DNA of 64,000 nt from Fistulifera solaris (lineage: Eukaryota). Location of the stretch: positions 310,001-374,000 of the forward strand of contig AP026154.1 of NCBI GenBank assembly GCA_030295235.1, written 5' to 3'. The notes beneath the pieces were generated by a model. That model was not told the DNA's origin, made no database searches, and was given only the letters and a program-made list of their open reading frames with translations. The position numbers and the translations under genes are program-made. Positions 24,897 to 35,255 of the stretch are shown here, in pieces; positions within the stretch are counted from its first letter, which is position 1, and every line of letters begins with the position of its first letter.

Positions 24897-25724
24897 TTAT
24901 GAGGCGATGATTGGCACACACAGTTCCACGATATCCCCCAAAGTGACGGCCCCTTTTTCGCGAATTCGATCGGCAATCGATTGCAATTCATCCTCCGACA
25001 AGACAATAAATTGTTTCGATTCTAATATCCCGGTGACACGTCGCTCGACAAGTAGTTGTTGAATGCGTTGATGAACCGCAAAGGACGACGTATGGAATTT
25101 GGCTCCGAGGGCGACCAAATCGATCCTTCGTTGTGTCTGCACGCTACGCCACCAATCCTCCACCAGCCACGTTTTTCCTGGAGACGATAGAAAAATGTCT
25201 TTTTCTTCGTTTTCTTTTTGTTGTTGCAATATGCGTTCGGTTTGTTGTCTCTCTTGAATTTCGGCCGCCGCGGCCTGTCGACGCCCGCGTTTGAGCGCTG
25301 CTTCTTTTTGACTTTGTTGCTGTTGTCGTTCCTCCTGATACCGTTGTCGTTCTTCTCGCTCCGCCGCCTTGGCAGCCTTTTGTCGTTCTTTGCGTGATGC
25401 GGGTGGAGCGTTTGATTCCAAAGTATGGTTGGGTTCATCGTCGACCCTTACCACTGGTGCTTTGCGTTGTTGTTTCATGAGAAAATGTGCCCGGGCACGA
25501 CGTTGCGCTCGCGTCAAATGAGCGACGTCCGCTCGAGCGAGTTTTGCTTCATAGGGTGCATCGTCATCATCATCATCGTCATCCACGTGCGTTTTGACGC
25601 GTGACACAATCAAAACATAAACGACGACGGCGACTCCTACAAATCCGACGACGGAGGCTGTGAGTAAAGTATGATGCGAGAAGCCGACACCCACTTCCAC
25701 ACCTTCTGCTATTGTAGCGGTCAT
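24897..25724 (-). CDS. DDRGK1/UFBP1-like ER membrane protein
   Basis: N-terminal TM, charged coiled coil and C-terminal winged-helix-like block (RIQQLLVERRVTGIL..FIVLSEDELQSIADRIREKGAVTL). Confidence 0.72.
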   Translation of the reverse strand: MTATIAEGVEVGVGFSHHTLLTASVVGFVGVAVVVYVLIVSRVKTHVDDDDDDDDAPYEAKLARADVAHLTRAQRRARAHFLMKQQRKAPVVRVDDEPNHTLESNAPPASRKERQKAAKAAEREERQRYQEERQQQQSQKEAALKRGRRQAAAAEIQERQQTERILQQQKENEEKDIFLSSPGKTWLVEDWWRSVQTQRRIDLVALGAKFHTSSFAVHQRIQQLLVERRVTGILESKQFIVLSEDELQSIADRIREKGAVTLGDIVELCVPIIAS

Positions 25725-26192
25725 GCTGTTACTGAAGGTAGAAGGAAGAAACTGCTTCTTAATCTTATTTAGTCTTCAAAACGCAAAGGAAATAAATGGT
25801 TTCCCTCCGAAAGCAGATGTCTACGTACATTATTGTTTTTTTTTTCGACAGACAAGACCCGGATGTTTGTGCCATTATTTTTGACATTCGACATCTTCCA
25901 AATACTTGGGTGTGGTTGACTGCAATACCATAATCAACCATGACATTAACATCGATCATTCGCATTAATATACGGTTGTTCACCATCAAGTCGACATCAC
26001 AACGTAGAAGAGGCCGAAGATTTTACGCTTCGAATGTCTACGTGAAATTCACGGATGTCTCAATCCTTTACATCAAGGCAAACACAAAATACGGAGTGTT
26101 GATAACATTTTACTGGGTACAAACGGGCTAAAATCCTTTCCACACAGCACAGTAGACGTACTTGCTATGATTTTTAAAAGTACAAAGTGGAC

Positions 26193-27344
26193 TCAAGCGT
26201 GAACGAGCGGTAATACTTTACCATCCTCACGGCCTTCACGTAGGACCAATTCGACCCGATTGACCATGTGATGCAACCTGGGAAGTTGCTTGTAAATATC
26301 CATCGCGACTTCAGCGGTCGTTACCTTCTTATCCCATAAGTTAATGGTGTATTCTGGTGTGTAAGCCTGCTGGACGCGATCTTGGTAGTCCTGGAGTGCC
26401 CGAGCATTGATTTCCCCCAGACGACTATGACATTCCGAGGCGTGATGGTTGTGTGAATCGCAAATGGCCTGTAAACCACTGTACGTTATCAGGACGTCGG
26501 AAACAAATTGAGGAGGCGGATCCTGCTTTCGGGCATGTTCGACGCAGGTGATGAGATCAAACGCACCAGCGTAATAAAAGTCGTTTTCGACACTCGCGTT
26601 CGGTTTGGCGTCCGTATGAATGATTTCGTGGAATTGTTCTCGGCACACAATGACCTCGGGATGCTCGCTAATTCGCCGGGACGACCAAACAACGGGTTCT
26701 CGTTCCGAAATCATGAGCGATATTGACCGATCACCGCTTTGCGCTTGTTGTAAAATGTAGTCCAGAAAATAAGGATACGGCGAGTCGTGGAGAGCAAAAT
26801 TGCCAGGCTGTTGCAGCATCTCCTTTAAATTCTCTTTGTCTTCTGCCAATGCTGCTTCGAGGTTCTGCATGGTACATTGGACAATTGCCGTGCGGAAGAG
26901 CCAGTGCCACCAAGAATTGTTCCGTGAATAGGCACAATTTCTGTAAAAGAAATAATTTTTCATTAATTTGTCGTGGAGGGCTTTCTTTTGACTCAACAAA
27001 AAGTTGTATTGACGGAAATACTCGTTGCTTCTTGACAAACGTGGCGGAGAGGGCACACAGGAGAATATATAATGAAATGACGGAATCCCCAGGCGACAGG
27101 TCGCCTCCATGGCGGTGCTCGTTCCTGTTGTGCCTTGCCCTGCATTTAGCAGAATAGTTGTCTCGCCGTCCGCTAGAGTAAGAAAGGGCTTCGCACTGTT
27201 GGGATGAATGCGAATGTTGTCAATCAATGGATAAAGGGTCCTCAGATAAAGAAGAGGTGTCGAGACACCCAGGTAAATGACCAGCACAAAAAAGCCAGCG
27301 GCCACGGAGATTCCGCTTCGTGTACGTCCTTGCATCACTTGCAT
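26193..27344 (-). CDS. Type II membrane sulfotransferase-like (P-loop, Sulfotransfer_4-like) protein
   Basis: N-terminal TM; ILLNAGQGTTGTST..CRLG..SFHY, ALHDSPY and ISEREPVVWSSRR match the order of motifs in that family. Confidence 0.62.
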   Translation of the reverse strand: MQVMQGRTRSGISVAAGFFVLVIYLGVSTPLLYLRTLYPLIDNIRIHPNSAKPFLTLADGETTILLNAGQGTTGTSTAMEATCRLGIPSFHYIFSCVPSPPRLSRSNEYFRQYNFLLSQKKALHDKLMKNYFFYRNCAYSRNNSWWHWLFRTAIVQCTMQNLEAALAEDKENLKEMLQQPGNFALHDSPYPYFLDYILQQAQSGDRSISLMISEREPVVWSSRRISEHPEVIVCREQFHEIIHTDAKPNASVENDFYYAGAFDLITCVEHARKQDPPPQFVSDVLITYSGLQAICDSHNHHASECHSRLGEINARALQDYQDRVQQAYTPEYTINLWDKKVTTAEVAMDIYKQLPRLHHMVNRVELVLREGREDGKVLPLVHA

Positions 27345-27961
27345 CGTTTGTTCGCAACGGATGAATGCGAGTTGCTATGTGAAAGGAAAATAATACTGAG
27401 TATTTCGTTAAGAGACACGCGAGCAACTACTTCAAAATAAGTCAAAGGTATTGTAAATTCTTGAGCAAAGGGGAAGATTGGATGAAGTAAATGTCGAAGA
27501 ACGCGGTGAGGTATGATTGACTACAGGATAGAGAGTACTACTGATAAAAAGCGATAAACTTGTGTACCAGGGTACTGGTAGTGCATCTCTTTATTGCGCC
27601 TGGCGCCGATCGCCGATAGATGACCTTGAGCATACATGTGACACGAGGCTGGCATGGGCCCCTTCTCCATGCCACATCCGCTGGCCATTTTTTTCTCTGT
27701 ACTCTGTATATAAAAAAAGCATTCTTTAAATATCCTTGCGCTTAAGGTTAGGACTTATCTGCGGGTGTTATTCATGACGCTTTGTAACTGTTGTACTGTA
27801 AACGCAGAGACTGTATACAATTGTTCGACACGCTCCGATAACCTTATTGCAATACGTGAGGCTTACACGTATCGTCATTCGTCATCCTTGTAAAAAGGAA
27901 AGCCATACCCTCTGCGGATACACTATTGACAATCTTTTTTTTATTAAGGAGTAGGTCTAGT

Positions 27962-28524
27962 ATGATGAAACATCGACTTCTTTCATTGCTCCTGCTCATC
28001 GCTGCTATAGCACCAAAAGCTCAGAGTTTCCGGATTGTTCCGTCGTCACCAAGAATGTTTCGAACGATTTATGCTGCGCCCAGAAATACTTCCAGTTCTT
28101 TGCAACAACAGTTCAAAAACAGTTACGACGGATCTGAACGCGGGAATGTATTGTTGGGACTGTCGTTGCTTACATCGATATGGATTTTTAGCATTCCTCC
28201 CGAATTTCGACGCGCTTATTTTTGTGCGACACCACCGTGTGTCGAACAGCGGGCCGCCTGCAACGATTGTGTCACATTTTCGGAATGGAAAACGCGGTTG
28301 GTGGACTATTATCAGAATGGAGGTAAGCCAGACAGGGAATGCGCAAACAGCAGCAGCAAAAAGTTGTACGGAATAATAGTAAATGGTGCGGGGCCTCATT
28401 TTGTCGGTTTCTTGTGATTTCGAACGCTCGGGCTCTCCTCTTATCTACAGGTGGAGTTCAGTTTGATTTTTCCATCGACCCAAAAACAAAGCAATTTTGG
28501 GCCGAAACTTTGTCACGAGAATGA
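27962..28524 (+). CDS. Small probable plastid-targeted membrane protein with four Cys; intron 28323-28450
   Basis: Signal peptide ending AQS-F (diatom ASAFAP-like), Ser/Arg transit region, one TM, and a C-x4-C-x6-C-x2-C cluster. Confidence 0.72.
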
Positions 28525-28758
28525 CAGCGGTGCTCGAAAAAGGTATTATGCGGGTGTATTGAAACACGAAAGGGAGCGACCATAGTATTTTCAAAAAGAT
28601 GTGCATTATGTACGGAAACAAAAGAAGCACGGACAAAGGAATTTACTCATGTGTATCCATAGGATTGACAATACTTAAGAAAGAGAAGCAAAGAAAGCCG
28701 GTTGAGCGATAGAGGAAGAAGAGTAGGATAGGAGGAAAATACGTAAGAAGCCCTCAAC

Positions 28759-29347
28759 TTACATTGTCTTGTCATAAACAGCTTTGGGAACTATCTTCCA
28801 TTTTTCATGTTCCGATCGTCGCTTGGGAGGATCTTTATGTGCCGGATGAACCTTTGTTTTGGCATGATCTAACTTGATATCTAGATTCATGGGTGGCTCA
28901 TCCAGAGGCAGCTCGGGCAAGGCCTCCATACAATTTTCCAGCTTCTGAAGTAAGCTGTCCGTTCGTTGACGCTTGTATTCAGGAGAAAGTTCTGCGGATA
29001 CGTGAGGGTACAACGCTACATCGCCGGATTTAACGACCGACTTGAACGTCATGAGAAATAAAATCTCATTCCAGCTCTGGTCTTCTAAAATATCTTGCGT
29101 CAAGCGACGAACTGCATCAATACTACTCCGCATTTGAAAATCTCCCAATGACTCGATGGCTTTTAAAATGGCTTGTTGATAAATGCGCCGTGCGCCTAAA
29201 AATCACAACGATAAGAACGGGGCTTTTCTAACACAGCAACATGGACTCTCTCTATAGAGTGATCGCACCTTGTTGATGCCTCTCGTGCGAGACTTTCGGT
29301 CGACTTTCCGTCGACATGGTGGATTCGGTTCGGGTTGATTCTGTCAT
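28759..29347 (-). CDS. Linker histone H1/H5 globular (H15)-like domain protein; intron 29196-29268
   Basis: Spliced product contains YQQAILKAIESLGD..RSSIDAVRR...FLMTFKSVVKSGDV...SAELSPEYK, which follows the H15 winged-helix pattern. Confidence 0.6.
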
Positions 29348-30035
29348 GGTGTGAGAAGAAACGTTTGGTTTGAGAGTTTAAATAGGTATTAACACGATGA
29401 TGATAGATGCGGATTCATGGCACGAGAGATCACAAAGCCGAACGAAGAAAATTCAGAAATAAATGAATCAAACAGCGATCCGAATCCGAGGCACGATCCG
29501 CCAGCGGTGACCGTAGCCAAGAAAGTAGGGGTTTGGTGCCGGTTCAGCGACACCACTGTTCTCCGTGAATAAACATCCTTGCAAGACTATTTCCAGAACC
29601 TAAGGTTTAATCGACCAACTTCTTGTCATCGACATCCGCCCAGGATCCTATTTCAGCCCATGCACAGAGAGGATTGTGTTGCGTCAGGATCAAAGTGACT
29701 TGATAGTAGTGAAAGCTAACTGTAGAATAATCATCGAGTTGACATTAACATTATCGTAATAAAGTGAGTATATTATGATGAGTTCTAAACGCAAAGTAAA
29801 TCGCTTCTTCGAATTGTACTAGATTATTTCGTTCGAATTTTGGTAGCAACTATAAATGCACTGTCTCGCAATCACAATTTTTGCAAAAAAAATAATAGAT
29901 TAGACTAGCCTTCGCACAAGAATAAGGATGTAACATATGTATATAATGCGAGATGCAGTATGGCAATGGTCGGGTGTGTTCGACAGGGCCAATTTGCCCT
30001 GTCCCATTGGTTCACAAAATTTGGAATCATCAGGT

Positions 30036-31880
30036 TTAGTTGATTCTTTCGTGTAGATTCGGTCTTGGAAGATGCGGGGTGAGGAGTGGCAGCGATGTGT
30101 GACTCTCACCGCCCCTCGCCACCATTAATGGTACTTCTTCCCCCACCTTGTTGTTCTGTGCCAAAGCTGAATGGTAGATTCCGTACAGAAAGTAAATGGC
30201 CGTCCCCAACGATAGCCACACCAGTGCGAATAACCAGCTCGACAAAGGGAGGGATCCCATCATGGCCGCATTGCACACTAGACCCCCCAACGGTATGGAA
30301 GGTACCCAGGGACACGAAAAAGCACCACTGTTCGTCACCAACGTCCACGACCGGGGGAGCCATCGGATCAGTGCCGCCGCCACCGCCGCCACCGCCAAGC
30401 AAACGTACACCAGCCACATGTGGTGGGTATGTGTCCACAAAATGGAGGCGCACACGACCGCCACCGTGCACACGAACAACAGCACGGCCATGCGTGAATG
30501 CAACACTGCAGAGTTGGCTTTCAAAACTCGGGCTTCCGTTTCGGCAATCGTCCGCAATCGCAATAAAATGACACCGGCATCCACAAACGTAAAGACCATT
30601 AATGTCCCCAACGAAATCAGGTTCGCCAATCCATCCAAGGGAGCGAAACACGCCAAGAGACCCGTGGCAATTCCCGTCGCGGTAATTCCCGCACTCGGAA
30701 CTTGTGTGACGGGATGAATTTGCGCAAATAACGGGAACCACAATCCATCGAGACTCATCCGCATCAATATGCGGGGTGTCCCCATCAACGAGGTAAAGGA
30801 ACTGGCAATGAGTCCGGCAATGGCACCACCCGACACGATGCGAGCGATAGTATTCAACCAGTGATGACACGTCGACTGCAAACACACTTGAGCCGCATTT
30901 GGCAGCAACTGTTCAACGTGCGTACAACACGCATTGGCCGTCAAAGCGTGCAAAATGGGAACTTGTTGTCCCAGCAAGGCAATGGGTGCCATGCCAACGA
31001 CCGCCATGGCCACAATGACATACAAGAGAGTCGAAACAATGAGAGATCCGACAATACCAATGGGCAAATTGCGTTCGGGATGTATGACTTCTTCGGACAA
31101 ACTGGCCACCATATCGAATCCTATATAGGCAAAAAAGACCAATCCGGCGCCTTGAATGATACCAGGAAGACCTTGCGGGGCAAATGGTTCCCAATTGTCT
31201 ATTTGGATGGAATGCGAAACGAGTCCCGACATGACGACGAGCAACAGATTGGCAATATTGAGCAAGGTAATGCCATTGTTGAATTTGGAACTTTCTTCGG
31301 CCCCTTGTAAGATGACGGCGGTACTGATGGCAATAATGACGGCCGACAAGGGTGAACACGCGTATTCGGTCGAGAATAGGTGCCATTCTGTGAGATACGT
31401 AGTAATCCACGTTTGGTGCGGAAATAGTTGTTGCACAAAGGTTCCGGTATAATCGGCCCAGGCCCGACTGCACACGGATGCGGTAAATCCGTATCCCAGC
31501 AACAAATTCCATCCCACCATCCAGGCGGGAAATTCTCCAAAGGCCACGTACGTGTAAGTGAAAGCACTACCCGCGACGGGAATGTGACTGGCGAATTCAG
31601 CATACGCCAACGATGTCAACATGCAGGCGGCGCCCGTCAACAGAAAGGAAAGACCGATGGAAGGTCCCGCAACGTGGGCACCCAATCCCACGAGGACAAA
31701 AATCCCGGCCCCGACGGACGATCCGACGCCATACAGCACCAAGTCGATTGCGGTAAAGGTGCGTTTCAATGGGGCCGATGAGGAGGAGGAGTCTCGAGCG
31801 GCGTGCAACGTCTTGCGGCGTGTGAGAGCGTGCCAGACGCTGTGTGGTGGGGTTGCGGCGTCCATGTACAGTGTGGGCAT
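30036..31880 (-). CDS. Cationic amino-acid transporter (APC superfamily, CAT/SLC7-like)
   Basis: 614-aa ORF with GVGSSVGAGIFV, YAEFAS.IPVAGSAFTY, FFAYIGFD, LISLGTL and C-terminal FSCPWVP; about 14 TMs. Confidence 0.93.
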   Translation of the reverse strand: MPTLYMDAATPPHSVWHALTRRKTLHAARDSSSSSAPLKRTFTAIDLVLYGVGSSVGAGIFVLVGLGAHVAGPSIGLSFLLTGAACMLTSLAYAEFASHIPVAGSAFTYTYVAFGEFPAWMVGWNLLLGYGFTASVCSRAWADYTGTFVQQLFPHQTWITTYLTEWHLFSTEYACSPLSAVIIAISTAVILQGAEESSKFNNGITLLNIANLLLVVMSGLVSHSIQIDNWEPFAPQGLPGIIQGAGLVFFAYIGFDMVASLSEEVIHPERNLPIGIVGSLIVSTLLYVIVAMAVVGMAPIALLGQQVPILHALTANACCTHVEQLLPNAAQVCLQSTCHHWLNTIARIVSGGAIAGLIASSFTSLMGTPRILMRMSLDGLWFPLFAQIHPVTQVPSAGITATGIATGLLACFAPLDGLANLISLGTLMVFTFVDAGVILLRLRTIAETEARVLKANSAVLHSRMAVLLFVCTVAVVCASILWTHTHHMWLVYVCLAVAAVAAALIRWLPRSWTLVTNSGAFSCPWVPSIPLGGLVCNAAMMGSLPLSSWLFALVWLSLGTAIYFLYGIYHSALAQNNKVGEEVPLMVARGGESHTSLPLLTPHLPRPNLHERIN

Positions 31881-32214
31881 TCGAAAGAAAGAATGAATGA
31901 ATGATAATAGAAAGAAGGAAAGAAGGAAAGATAGGATAAGATGGGAGGATGTTTGACAACTACAGTAGGAAAAGAGAAAATAAAACGAGAAAAACTAAAT
32001 AAGCGGACGACGAAATTTCGCAAAGGTTTGACACTACCAGTATCGGATATGGTGAAGTTGTCCGTTGCGGTACTCGATCGAGAAGATGATACGAAACGTG
32101 AACTACAACCACGCTGCACGCTGCGGCGCTGCTCTGTTTTGCAGTGCAATACGTAGTAAAATAATGCAATGCAAAAACAAAAAACGACCGCGCGTTGTTC
32201 TCCACCTTTATTAT

Positions 32215-32270
32215 TATTCTTCTTCTTCTATTCTTCTATTCTATTCTTCTATTCTTCTTCTCTTTCCCTT
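32215..32270 (+). repeat. Low-complexity (TTC/TTCTA)n tract in a divergent promoter region
   Basis: ttcttcttcttctattcttctattctattcttctattcttcttc seen directly. Confidence 0.75.
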
Positions 32271-32344
32271 TCCATAGCATTACTTGTACACACTATCTAC
32301 ACACTCTCAAAATACACAAACAACAACATTCAATACAACAAAAT

Positions 32345-34048
32345 ATGCCTGCAACAGACGACACTATTCGTTCTCATTATTTAACTGTCAAACCACACGT
32401 CGGTGCCGTCGTCTCGCACAGCGAATTGACACCCTCCCATTGTATGGCGTTGACGACGGCCTTGGCGGAACGTCAAGCGACCTACACGGTCTGGATTACG
32501 GAAGCTTGGCGTGTCTTGGGATGGGCGGAACCCACGGCCGCTCTCGTGTGGGAAATGGCGACATTGTATCATGCGCTTTATTGGAAACAACGGACGGCCG
32601 AAGATAAAAGTATTTTTCCTCCCATCCTGTCGTGTGGTTCCACGGCCAGTAGTAGTGTATCGACACATCATCATCATCAACAACAACATCAACAACAACG
32701 CAAGAATGAAAAAGAATTGCCCGTGTGGGTATTGGGAGTCTTTTTGTTGTTGCAGTGTGGTTCCGATAAAACCTTTGTATTGCAACATTTGCGGTACTTT
32801 TTAATATTAATAGCTTTGCCGGAAAGTCCCGAAGCCATCCAAGCGTCGTGGCATTTGGCGGCTTTGCCTGTAAATCAAGATCCCGGAATCATTGGTGCAT
32901 CGATTCGCTTGTCGTTGGACACGTTGGAACGATTGTGGTTCTTGTTGCAACTTCCGAGGGGTGGTAGCATGGAAGAACCACCGCGTCGCATGGGAGCGTT
33001 GTTGTGGAATTCACTGTATCAATCGGACCTGCATCCGGCGGCATCTCTTGCGGTTCAAGAAGTCGAACACGAATTGCGGCGGCATATAGTCACGTCCCAG
33101 GTACCTGCCGTCACCAATGGTGATGAAGACTATAAAGAACTAATCTATCAAAAGGTCCAAAACAAGACCATTTTATTGAAACCGACCAACGAACCCGTCT
33201 CGTCCGGGATATCCCTCAATTCCGGTGAACCTCGCGGAGAACGAACGCACGATGTTCTCATTGCAGAATGTGAAAATGCGCACATTTATTTGTTGCAGCC
33301 CTTGGAACATGCCACTGTCACCAATTGTTCCAATTGTACCATAGTGTTGGGTGCGGTAGCGGGATTGTTGCACGTTGTCAATTGTGACAAAATGGCCATT
33401 ACGTGTGCGGCACGAAAATTTATTGTCCGCAATTGTTGTGACATTCAAACCTACCTGTTTTCTCCGACGCCACCCTTGTTGGTGGGAGACAATCGAAATT
33501 GTCAATTCGCTCCATACAATACCTATTATGAAGGATTCCGGGATGATTTGGTGACGGCCGGTTTGGCGGTTTTGGTAGACAATAGTCAAATGACCGACGC
33601 CTTGCAAACGGCCAGCAACAAATGGAAGCAACCCATCGAATTGGCCAAATTGGAAGTCCCGCCCATTCCTGGATCTCCGGCAAATGCGGAAGCCATGGAG
33701 AATACGAGTATGCCGACGCCCGTCTTATTGTCCGCGTCGGACTTTTCTGTCCTCTATGTACCCTCACGCAACAACAACACTAACAACAACAACGACGACG
33801 AAGACTATTGTCGTTTCTTGTCCGATGTCTTGTATCTGTCTCCATTTCGATTGCCGGTCGAATACGAACGTCGCGTTTTGCAAAAAGTGGAACGCATGAA
33901 GAATGTACAGGCGGCCCTCAAGAGTCTCGGAACGGAACAACGGTTGCAATTGGAAGAAGAATTGCATCAAGGCTTCCGTGAATGGTTGGTGAGTAGTGGC
34001 AATTTGCGGCAAGTATTGGATTTAGTACAAATAGAACAAGTACAATAG
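32345..34048 (+). CDS. TBCCD1: TBCC domain-containing protein 1-like
   Basis: TBCC/CARP beta-helix: CENAHIYLLQPLEHATVTNCSNCTIVLGAV...PTPPLLVGDNRNCQFAPYNTYY. C-terminal FREWLVSSGN. Confidence 0.85.
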   Translation: MPATDDTIRSHYLTVKPHVGAVVSHSELTPSHCMALTTALAERQATYTVWITEAWRVLGWAEPTAALVWEMATLYHALYWKQRTAEDKSIFPPILSCGSTASSSVSTHHHHQQQHQQQRKNEKELPVWVLGVFLLLQCGSDKTFVLQHLRYFLILIALPESPEAIQASWHLAALPVNQDPGIIGASIRLSLDTLERLWFLLQLPRGGSMEEPPRRMGALLWNSLYQSDLHPAASLAVQEVEHELRRHIVTSQVPAVTNGDEDYKELIYQKVQNKTILLKPTNEPVSSGISLNSGEPRGERTHDVLIAECENAHIYLLQPLEHATVTNCSNCTIVLGAVAGLLHVVNCDKMAITCAARKFIVRNCCDIQTYLFSPTPPLLVGDNRNCQFAPYNTYYEGFRDDLVTAGLAVLVDNSQMTDALQTASNKWKQPIELAKLEVPPIPGSPANAEAMENTSMPTPVLLSASDFSVLYVPSRNNNTNNNNDDEDYCRFLSDVLYLSPFRLPVEYERRVLQKVERMKNVQAALKSLGTEQRLQLEEELHQGFREWLVSSGNLRQVLDLVQIEQVQ

Positions 34049-34645
34049 GTATTTGTAACATTTTTTGGGAGGAAATCATGTATCTTGTAGGTCGATGCGA
34101 ATCAAACCGAACGGCAATGGACCTCTTCGTTTCGCTAGGTCCTTTGACGCATAGAGCCTCCACTGTAAGATTACAATGTTAGAGTGTCCTTCTTTCTCAT
34201 GTCATCGGACTCACAATCATCCACGCAATAACCTGTTATAGATAGGCGTTGTCGTGGTTTGATGACGGTACCAGGTATGCTGTTTTGAGCATTTGTTCTA
34301 AAAGGCGAGAAGCCAGTGGTTGGTGGTTGTAGTATATTCATGACTGCAATGGAGTCGTGGATAAGATGAGACTACATCTGGGGCTAGAGTGATTTTTCTA
34401 GTATCGTTATGCGTGTCCTACCGGGTACCGTAGGGCTTTTCGAGGTCATAAGTAGCTATATCAGTATGCTAAGGAGTGTATTAGCTCCGAAGCAATAAAT
34501 CCGTTTCACATGAAACATTTTTTGAAACGCATCGTAGCGGAAGGCGACGATGACACATGACACTCCTTCCAACTCCAACGGCTTTTCTTCAAACGAGAAG
34601 CGGTTCATTCCATAACTCTTACCTTTTACAACGACAACGAAGAAT

Positions 34646-35074
34646 ATGATCCTCACTATCCGCCAAGGACGACGACTCACTCCAGCATTGTTGCTCTTCG
34701 TTTTAATGACGATGATCTCTGCACAACAAGATCCGTTTCGCAACGATTTATTCAAAGGCCGTCGATGCAACCGCAACGACGATTCCTTCTGTACCTGTTT
34801 GGATAGTTTCAAATGCTCCAATCCGGGTCTTGGACCGCGGAAATGCGGTGTCGACGGCTCCAAAAATTGTGCCTGTTATCGCGATACCGAAAACAACTCC
34901 AGGTGTACGACCGGATGTGGCATCGTGTGCACATCCTCGGCAGACTGCCCCGACGGAGAAGTGTGCGTCGATCTAGGCATTGCGTCCGATATTTGTCCAC
35001 CCTGTGCGGACGGTGGTGTGTTGGGAGAACCCTATCGTGTGTGCTCTAAATTGTGTCCTTCTCCGTTTGATTGA
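34646..35074 (+). CDS. Small secreted cysteine-rich protein (16 Cys)
   Basis: Signal peptide LLLFVLMTMISA followed by about 115 residues containing 16 Cys. Confidence 0.75.
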   Translation: MILTIRQGRRLTPALLLFVLMTMISAQQDPFRNDLFKGRRCNRNDDSFCTCLDSFKCSNPGLGPRKCGVDGSKNCACYRDTENNSRCTTGCGIVCTSSADCPDGEVCVDLGIASDICPPCADGGVLGEPYRVCSKLCPSPFD

Positions 35075-35161
35075 AAAAATGAGCGCGCCCAACGGATGTT
35101 ATGACACATACAATATTGGAATTGAATCATAGAACCATTAAAAAAAGAGTTTTCAATAAAC

Positions 35162-35255
35162 ACAATCTAGCGAGCTATACAGCTTCTTTTCAAGGTAGCA
35201 GCCTTCTCAGAACAATCTCTAGCGAGCTATACAACTTCTTCTCAAAGTAGCCGCC
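35162..35255. repeat. Imperfect tandem duplication (about 43 bp) covering the ALDH stop codon
   Basis: acaatctagcgagctatacagcttcttttcaaggtagcagcc versus acaatctctagcgagctatacaacttcttctcaaagtagccgcc. Confidence 0.9.

Noticed and set aside
27740..27755. Telomerase RNA template-like CCTAACC
   Set aside because: Does not give a clean 1.5x TTAGGG template; treated as the TAACCTTA motif instead.
30086..31896. Many long overlapping and antisense ORFs over the amino-acid transporter (similarly over GOGAT)
   Set aside because: Shadow ORFs from codon bias, with no motifs of their own.
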